Below are positions 36,068 through 41,933 of a stretch of DNA of 41,933 nt, piece after piece. The stretch comes from an uncultured bacterium. Lineage in GTDB: Bacteria; Krumholzibacteriota; Krumholzibacteriia; Krumholzibacteriales; Krumholzibacteriaceae. The stretch spans positions 1 to 41,933 of the forward strand of contig CBDUYR010000023.1 of the NCBI GenBank assembly GCA_965371515.1, written 5' to 3'. Made by a program: the position numbers and the translations under genes. The notes beneath the pieces were generated by a model. That model searched no databases, was not told the origin of the DNA, and saw nothing but the letters and a program-made list of their open reading frames with translations. The stretch's first letter is position 1; each line of letters starts with the position of its first letter.

Positions 36068-37989
36068 TGAACTACAGGAATATCATCAGAACGGCGATCG
36101 TCATTGCCATCCTTTCGCTCGCGGCGACGGGCGGATACGGAGCGGAGACAATGGGCATTTCCCGCGGACATGACCTCGACGCCCTCTGGTCGCAGGCGCA
36201 GAAAGAGTTCGATCTGTCCGCGCACGACGCGATCCTGCTCCTCGAGAGCAGGCATGAGACAATACTCGAAGGCGGCGGACTGCGGACAGTAGTCCACCGC
36301 GTCGTCTGGATAGGAACGTCGCCGGGACTGCGCGACCATGCCGACCTGAGGATTCCGTGGAACTCAGCCGTCTCGACCTTCAAAGTGCATATTCTCAGGA
36401 CCTGGCGCGATGGAAGATGGTGGCCCGACGAGTCGAAAGTCAGTCCGACGGCCGTGGTCGAGACCCTTCCAGGCGCAGCCGCTGCAGCAGACGATTATAC
36501 GACGATGCGTGAGACGATGCTCCTTCACGACGGCGTGGAGCTCCCGTGCATCATGGAAACGGCCTACGAGATCGAAGAGCAGCCGGGCCGGGCCGGATAC
36601 GACGGATTCTTCGTGATGCAGAGGAGGGACCCGGCCGTGCTGGTCGAGTTGAAGATCAACGTACCCGAAGAGATATCCCTGCAGCTGAAGGGATACAACG
36701 GCGCTCTTCTTCCCGATGAGGCGGGCGACGACAAAAAGGCGATCCATATCGTCACGATGGAAAACCTCGAACGGCTCGGCTCGCCGAGGATCGCGGACCC
36801 GGCAACTTACGCACCAGGCGTCGCCTGGTCTACATGGGGCAGCTGGGCCGAAATAAATGATGCTGTCATGTCGAGTTTCGACGAAACCGCCGTCCTGGGA
36901 CCGGAGCTGGCAGACCTCATCAAGGAACCTCTGAAACAAGAGCCGAGCGAGGCGGCCAGGGCGAGAAAGGTCGCAGATCTCGTAAACGAATACACGCGCA
37001 GCATCCATTACGATTCACGGTTCTGGCGTTTCTCTCCCCGCCCGGCGTCCCGGACGTACGAGACGGCCTACGGCCACGCTCTCGACCGGGCCGTGCTCGC
37101 GGCGGCGATGTTCCGAGCGGCGGGCTTCAAGGCCGAGCCGGTATACGTCTCCTCCGGCCCGAGCGGTACCGACAACGATATACCCGGCCTCTCCCGGTTC
37201 GGTGAGATAAGAATCTGCGTTCACACGGAGACCTTCAGGGCAATATACGACCCCGCCGAGGGAATCCTCTCCGAGGGACCGCGAGCGATCTACGGCAGGA
37301 CGGCCTGGAAGCCCGCGTCCGACGACGCTCCGTGGAGCTATCCGCCCCTCGATGCAGCTGCCAGCTCGTACGACATCACGCTCACGCTCGAGCCCGACGG
37401 CAACGGCGGCTGGAAAGGGACGGGATACATCGATGCCGACGGCATCTTCTGCCCTTACGCCGACATGGCCGGCCTCGAAGGAGAAATGAAGGCTGCAATC
37501 AGCAGGATCGCCAACTCGGTCTTCGCGGGAGCCGAAGTGACCGGTTACAACCCGGAAGTATTCGAGAAAACGCATGTCGCGGCAGGATTCGGCTTCACTC
37601 TTAAAGAATCGAAGCCCGACGATCACGACCGGAAGGGCCTGACAATCGGGAACCCGCACGGCGGGGTCGCCGAGGTCCTCCCTGACGATATTCACACCTA
37701 CCATGCGCACCGGACATCGCCGGTCATACTGCCCGGCGCCATGTCACAGACGGTAAGGGTCCGCATCAAGGCATGTAAAAAGAGCATCCTTCACCTGCCG
37801 GAGGCGCGGACCATACAGAACGAGGCTGGCAAATTCGCTATATCCGTCGAAATGCAAGACGGCTGGGTGACGATTGAGCGGAAGCTGACGATCATCGGTG
37901 GAAAGGTGGAGCCCGAAAACTGGCCGCACCTGCGGGCGCTGCTGCTCGAAGCAAACGATACGGCCGGACGGACTATATTAATGGAATAG
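36064..37989 (+). CDS. DUF3857 + degenerate transglutaminase-like protein
   Basis: Same architecture; catalytic segment reads YGHALDRAVL with no Cys and no FNH; ATGA overlap. Confidence 0.8.
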   Translation: MMNYRNIIRTAIVIAILSLAATGGYGAETMGISRGHDLDALWSQAQKEFDLSAHDAILLLESRHETILEGGGLRTVVHRVVWIGTSPGLRDHADLRIPWNSAVSTFKVHILRTWRDGRWWPDESKVSPTAVVETLPGAAAAADDYTTMRETMLLHDGVELPCIMETAYEIEEQPGRAGYDGFFVMQRRDPAVLVELKINVPEEISLQLKGYNGALLPDEAGDDKKAIHIVTMENLERLGSPRIADPATYAPGVAWSTWGSWAEINDAVMSSFDETAVLGPELADLIKEPLKQEPSEAARARKVADLVNEYTRSIHYDSRFWRFSPRPASRTYETAYGHALDRAVLAAAMFRAAGFKAEPVYVSSGPSGTDNDIPGLSRFGEIRICVHTETFRAIYDPAEGILSEGPRAIYGRTAWKPASDDAPWSYPPLDAAASSYDITLTLEPDGNGGWKGTGYIDADGIFCPYADMAGLEGEMKAAISRIANSVFAGAEVTGYNPEVFEKTHVAAGFGFTLKESKPDDHDRKGLTIGNPHGGVAEVLPDDIHTYHAHRTSPVILPGAMSQTVRVRIKACKKSILHLPEARTIQNEAGKFAISVEMQDGWVTIERKLTIIGGKVEPENWPHLRALLLEANDTAGRTILME

Positions 37990-38005
37990 ACCCGCTGCAG
38001 CCTGT

Positions 38006-38248
38006 CTACCAATCTGATGTCGCGAGAGAAACGCCCTGGAGATGCTCGATAACTGAATCGAGCCTGGTCTCTGTGGCCGCGCCACCATAAAGCGCATCGA
38101 GGGATTCGGTGATGCAGTTCGCCCTGTGCTGCTCGACGTACAAACGCATTGCGCGTTGATAGAACTCGCTTCGAGAAACGCCGAACCGTTTCGCGAGCTT
38201 CTCTGCGGCATTGAAAAGTGCGTCGGGCATTGAAATCGTAATCTTCAT
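38006..38248 (-). CDS. Ribbon-helix-helix (CopG/ChpI-like) antitoxin-type protein
   Basis: MKITISMPDALFNAAEKLAKRFGVSRSEFY...ITESLDALYG, ending in DW. Confidence 0.8.
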   Translation of the reverse strand: MKITISMPDALFNAAEKLAKRFGVSRSEFYQRAMRLYVEQHRANCITESLDALYGGAATETRLDSVIEHLQGVSLATSDW

Positions 38249-38304
38249 ACTGCCAGTATAATAAAAATCATACCATCGTGAAGCAAGTAATTATGGGGGA
38301 TCCC

Positions 38305-38703
38305 CTAGTCGTCATCCCCGGTCGAGACCTCGCTCGACGGGAAAAGCCAGCTTATCGCTTCCTCGTATGACTGGAAGGCGCCTACGTCGAGCCCCCTGTT
38401 GGTGGCGCAGAGCTCGAAGAACTTCGCATTGTCGAAATTCCTTTCCGGACTGATCAGAACGGCGATCTTTTCCTTGAAGGCCGTCCTGTGTTTTTCCAGT
38501 TCTGCCGCAAGATACCAGATGTCTGTCGTAGTCAGTTCAGCCCGGGCCTGTCTGAAATCGAGGAGGATTTCGAGTTCTGAGGCCTTCGTATCGACGGAAA
38601 CTGCCTCGATGAGCAGGTCCCTGGTCGAGTCGAAGTCGAACTCTCCCTCGGGAGTCATCTTCACGAATTCCTTCGCGTGGACGACGTGGAGTTTCAGCGT
38701 CAA
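38305..38703 (-). CDS. Hypothetical protein, STAS/SpoIIAA-like
   Basis: ILLDFRQA, KIAVL, FFELCATNRG...F.SYEEAISWL; TTG start uncertain. Confidence 0.65.
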   Translation of the reverse strand: MTLKLHVVHAKEFVKMTPEGEFDFDSTRDLLIEAVSVDTKASELEILLDFRQARAELTTTDIWYLAAELEKHRTAFKEKIAVLISPERNFDNAKFFELCATNRGLDVGAFQSYEEAISWLFPSSEVSTGDDD

Positions 38704-38750
38704 TATATGTCCAATCGTATCTGACGTTCTATTCTATACCATCAGGGCCC

Positions 38751-39368
38751 TCAGAGCGGATCGAGCATCTCGGTATCGACCGTGAATATCAACTGCACGT
38801 TGAGACAAGCCTCCCAGATGAAATCCAGCGGATCGCCTTCGCTCGGGAGTGGCTCCACTTCGCCGCTGACTACCATGAGCAGGAGCGAGGGATTTGCCCC
38901 GGTGATGTAGTCGTCCATCGCCTGGTTGACGATGGCGACGCCGTCCGCGTGAAGATCGACCTGAGTCTTGACGCCGAGCTCGTTCTCGAGCGATATCTCC
39001 GAGTAGACGATCAGCGTGTCGGGTCCAACATCAGTGATATCAAGTCTCTCGACGGTGATGATGCCGCTGATCTCCCAGTCGTGCGTATGCGTGAACTCGC
39101 TCACCTCGTAGAATGCGCTGACCAGGAACGCGTCGACGAGCTGGTCCAGGGAAATTTCGTTATCGACCAGCAGGCTGTCCAGGTCCTCGCCCAACTCTAT
39201 GATTGCCGGCGTCGTGTAGTTCGCAATAATGTGATGCTCCACGAACTCCTCGCAGTGCTCGTCGTTCAGGACTACCTCTACCTCCCGGTCCTCCAGCAGG
39301 CAGCCGCCAAGTCCCAGTACAGCGGCGACAGGTACAAGCAGGGCAGCCGTTATGAATAATTTCCTCAT
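38751..39368 (-). CDS. Acidic lipoprotein, hypothetical
   Basis: Lipobox LGGC; SD AAGGAGG; directly downstream of the barrel gene. Confidence 0.75.
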   Translation of the reverse strand: MRKLFITAALLVPVAAVLGLGGCLLEDREVEVVLNDEHCEEFVEHHIIANYTTPAIIELGEDLDSLLVDNEISLDQLVDAFLVSAFYEVSEFTHTHDWEISGIITVERLDITDVGPDTLIVYSEISLENELGVKTQVDLHADGVAIVNQAMDDYITGANPSLLLMVVSGEVEPLPSEGDPLDFIWEACLNVQLIFTVDTEMLDPL

Positions 39369-39396
39369 GTGTCAGAGACCTCCTTGAACTTCGGCA

Positions 39397-40317
39397 TTAC
39401 AGCGCGAGGCCGAGACCGGCGGCAAAGCTGCTGCGGTCGGCCATGTTGTATTCGCCGAAAACATTGAGAATCCAGAGATTGAGCTCGAGTCCGATCGTGA
39501 ACTGCACGTAACTCTCTTCGAACGATAACTCGATGGGGCCCGTCTCTCCGATGACTTCGCTCTCGTATTTAATATCGGTCTTGTACGTGTTGTAGTAGAG
39601 ACCGGCGAATGGCGTGAAGATCGTCCCGAACTTCTTGCTCGCCTGCACCCCGAGCGAATACGTCTTCGTCTCGCTCAGGTTGTCGCCGTTCGAGTTCTCT
39701 CCCAGCTTGAAATCCTGCCAGAAGAAACTCGCCGCCATATCCACGACGGGCACCTGCCCCATGTACTGGGAAAGGCTGTGCCGGACACCAAATCCGGCGA
39801 GCATCACGTCGCCCAACTCGCTGTCTCCGATCCTGAACGCAATGAAGCGTATCATTGCCTCGGTTCCTAAGACCGAACCGACCCGCAACTGAGGCGCCGT
39901 CAGGGCGAAAGAGCCGACGTCGAATCCGCCGGGAAAGGCGAACTGGGTACCCCCGTCGCCCGGCACTACCACCGTTCCCGTAGGGCCGACGACTGTCGGG
40001 ACCGGGACGGACGTCTCAGGCGAAAACCCGGCCTCGGTCGTACCCAAGAAGGTCTTGTCCTCATCGCTGAAGTACAGCCCGACGAACGGGAACTCGATAG
40101 CGATGTTGAGCCCCGACTTCGGGATATATCCCGAGCGGTACTGTCCCCCGTTCAGCGTCGTACCCATCGCACTCACGAGCGGATTGAGGTAGCCGGTGGC
40201 ATTTTCCCCCGTATATGCGGAGAGATGATCCTCGATCTGGGCCGACAGAGGTGATGCAACAAGGAGCACGAGCACGGCAGACCAGATTCCCTTACGGAAT
40301 ACGGAAGAGAAATCCAT
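39397..40317 (-). CDS. Outer-membrane beta-barrel protein, DUF6588-like
   Basis: Signal peptide; GYLNPL, PTVVG, APQLRVG..GTEAMIRF, GFGVRHSLSQY; amphipathic C-terminal strands; start ATG 40317 after GAGGGG. Confidence 0.72.
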   Translation of the reverse strand: MDFSSVFRKGIWSAVLVLLVASPLSAQIEDHLSAYTGENATGYLNPLVSAMGTTLNGGQYRSGYIPKSGLNIAIEFPFVGLYFSDEDKTFLGTTEAGFSPETSVPVPTVVGPTGTVVVPGDGGTQFAFPGGFDVGSFALTAPQLRVGSVLGTEAMIRFIAFRIGDSELGDVMLAGFGVRHSLSQYMGQVPVVDMAASFFWQDFKLGENSNGDNLSETKTYSLGVQASKKFGTIFTPFAGLYYNTYKTDIKYESEVIGETGPIELSFEESYVQFTIGLELNLWILNVFGEYNMADRSSFAAGLGLAL

Positions 40318-40534
40318 ATCTTCCCCTCTCGAATGAGATCCAGATTGACCGATGAGCCTATCTATATTGTACAGCAACCATTATCAACAAGTAAAGGTGA
40401 TTTGCTGACACGATCCCTCGGTGAATCCGGACCATCCGTTTCGCTGAAAACCCCCTGTTGTGTTGTTATGAGCCGTCTGTATAATGAACAGGACTGTTTT
40501 TCTGGCGATTTCGCCTGGAGGCAACGATATAACC

Positions 40535-41485
40535 ATGAAACGCCGACTGATCATATCGGTCCTGTCGATCGCAATCCTGCTTCTCGCAGTTTACATAACC
40601 GGCGAGATATACAGGTCGATCGACTACTCGGAACGTTTCCTCGAGCGTCGCGGTACGCTAGTCGAAACTTCGGAGTATTTCGTCGGAGAGAGCGAGGACC
40701 ACCGCCTCTTCGAGGTGACGATCGAGAGCTCCACCGGCATAAAATCAAACGGCTTTCTCAAGGCTCCGGCCGAAGAGGGCGGCCTGCGCCCCGCCTTTCT
40801 CATCCTTGGAGGCCTGCGCACCGGCAGGAAGACCCTCGAATACATACACAACACACGGGGAATAGTTCTCCTGGCACTCGACTACCCGTACGAGGGCAAG
40901 ACGAGCAGGATGAACACCCTGGAATTCATAAGGTCGGTGCCTCGCATCCGTCGCGCTGTGATCGACACGGCGCCGGCGGCGATGACGGCCGTCGACTATC
41001 TCCTCGAGAGAGACGACGTCGACCCCGGCCGCATCATCGTCATCGGCGGTAGCCTCGGCGCCTTCTTCATCCCCGCTCACGCTGCTATAGACGACCGTCC
41101 CGCCGCCGCCGTGATGATATACGGTGCGGGCGATATCCAGTCGATCCTCAGCGCGAGCCACGACATGCCTCGATGGATCGCAAGACCGGCAGGCTGGCTC
41201 TGCGCCGTACTCGTCTCGCCGGTAGAACCACTGAAGTATGTCGGATTAATATCGCCCCGGCCCCTGCTGATGATAAGCGGCACGCAGGATCCGAGGATCC
41301 CAGAACAGTGCAGCCGCCTTCTCCACGAAGCGGCGAACGAGCCGAAGTCGGTGAAATGGATAGACGCGGGCCACGTCTCGATACAGGAAGATGAGTTCCA
41401 CAGGCTGATCAGCGATGCGATGATCTCTTGGCTCGTCGAGCAGCAACTCGTTCCGAGGGAATGCTTCGTCACAGATATCGATTGA
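40535..41485 (+). CDS. Alpha/beta hydrolase with N-terminal anchor
   Basis: GGSLG nucleophile elbow, GTQDPRIP (Asp), DAGH (His). Confidence 0.85.
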   Translation: MKRRLIISVLSIAILLLAVYITGEIYRSIDYSERFLERRGTLVETSEYFVGESEDHRLFEVTIESSTGIKSNGFLKAPAEEGGLRPAFLILGGLRTGRKTLEYIHNTRGIVLLALDYPYEGKTSRMNTLEFIRSVPRIRRAVIDTAPAAMTAVDYLLERDDVDPGRIIVIGGSLGAFFIPAHAAIDDRPAAAVMIYGAGDIQSILSASHDMPRWIARPAGWLCAVLVSPVEPLKYVGLISPRPLLMISGTQDPRIPEQCSRLLHEAANEPKSVKWIDAGHVSIQEDEFHRLISDAMISWLVEQQLVPRECFVTDID

Positions 41486-41610
41486 CTATCGGTCCTGTGG
41501 AAAATCTTACTCCTATGATAAGAATTTTATGGAGAATCGTTCTCGAAAATGTATAATTTCCGAATAATGGTACGAGTGGGCTTTATATACCCCAACCTGG
41601 GAGGGCCAAG

Positions 41611-41933
41611 ATGCCTCTATTCGACCGTATCGTGCTGCTCCTGACGGGCCTGACTGCGATATATCTCGTCGTCCGGTTCATTCAGGACTACCGCCGCGAG
41701 GGCAGGAAACCGGCATATAACGTCTACTACATCATCTCCTTCGCTGTTCTCCTCGTAGCCGGCCTTCTCCTGATCGCGAACGGCTACGAAGTGCTGGCGA
41801 ATCCTCTCGTGGTGATCGTCGCGTACCTGATACCGTTCTGCCTCGCATTGGGACTCGTTGCCGAGTTCTATCCGAACATGGAGAAGGGATACCTGGTATT
41901 CGGCGTAATCGGCCTTGCGGCCATCGCCGTGAC
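41611..41933 (+). CDS. Polytopic membrane protein, partial (runs off the window)
   Basis: SD GGGAGG; MPLFDRIVLLLTGLTAIYLVVRF...; open to the window end with several hydrophobic segments. Confidence 0.75.
   Translation, partial: MPLFDRIVLLLTGLTAIYLVVRFIQDYRREGRKPAYNVYYIISFAVLLVAGLLLIANGYEVLANPLVVIVAYLIPFCLALGLVAEFYPNMEKGYLVFGVIGLAAIAV

Noticed and set aside
37791..38012. ORF overlapping the antitoxin stop as a candidate toxin
   Set aside because: No MazF/PemK motifs and almost entirely antisense to the DUF3857 gene

Overview
GC-rich (about 60% by eye) bacterial chromosomal segment. A secreted protein with a FlgD-Ig/T9SS-type C-terminal sorting domain, many lipoproteins, a Gld-like ABC cluster and a kinase-TolB_N-TPR protein suggest an FCB-related diderm such as Candidatus Krumholzibacteriota (inference). 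In order: a SoxA/TsdA-like monoheme cytochrome, an OPT transporter, an 8-repeat secreted protein, tmRNA (tag ANDNLALAA), an S9 peptidase, an AT-rich XRE-ImmA/IrrE + PIN cassette (RosmerTA-like), several lipoproteins (one an internally deleted paralog), a 48-aa Cys-rich ORF, a GldA/F/G-like + DUF4340 ABC operon, a diheme lipoprotein + anion-porin operon, a three-gene BcsA(2xPilZ)/GT-C/small outer-membrane protein operon, a kinase-acyl-CoA ligase-reductase operon, an active/inactive DUF3857-transglutaminase pair, an orphan RHH antitoxin and other envelope genes. Best candidate for an undescribed system: a perfect 11-6-11 ModE-box-like palindrome (19733-19760) upstream of a diheme lipoprotein with a Cys-less sulfite-oxidase-type molybdopterin domain and a coupled OprO/P-like porin, possibly a Mo/W-regulated outer-membrane scavenging module. 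All family assignments come from motifs recognised by eye; no searches were run.
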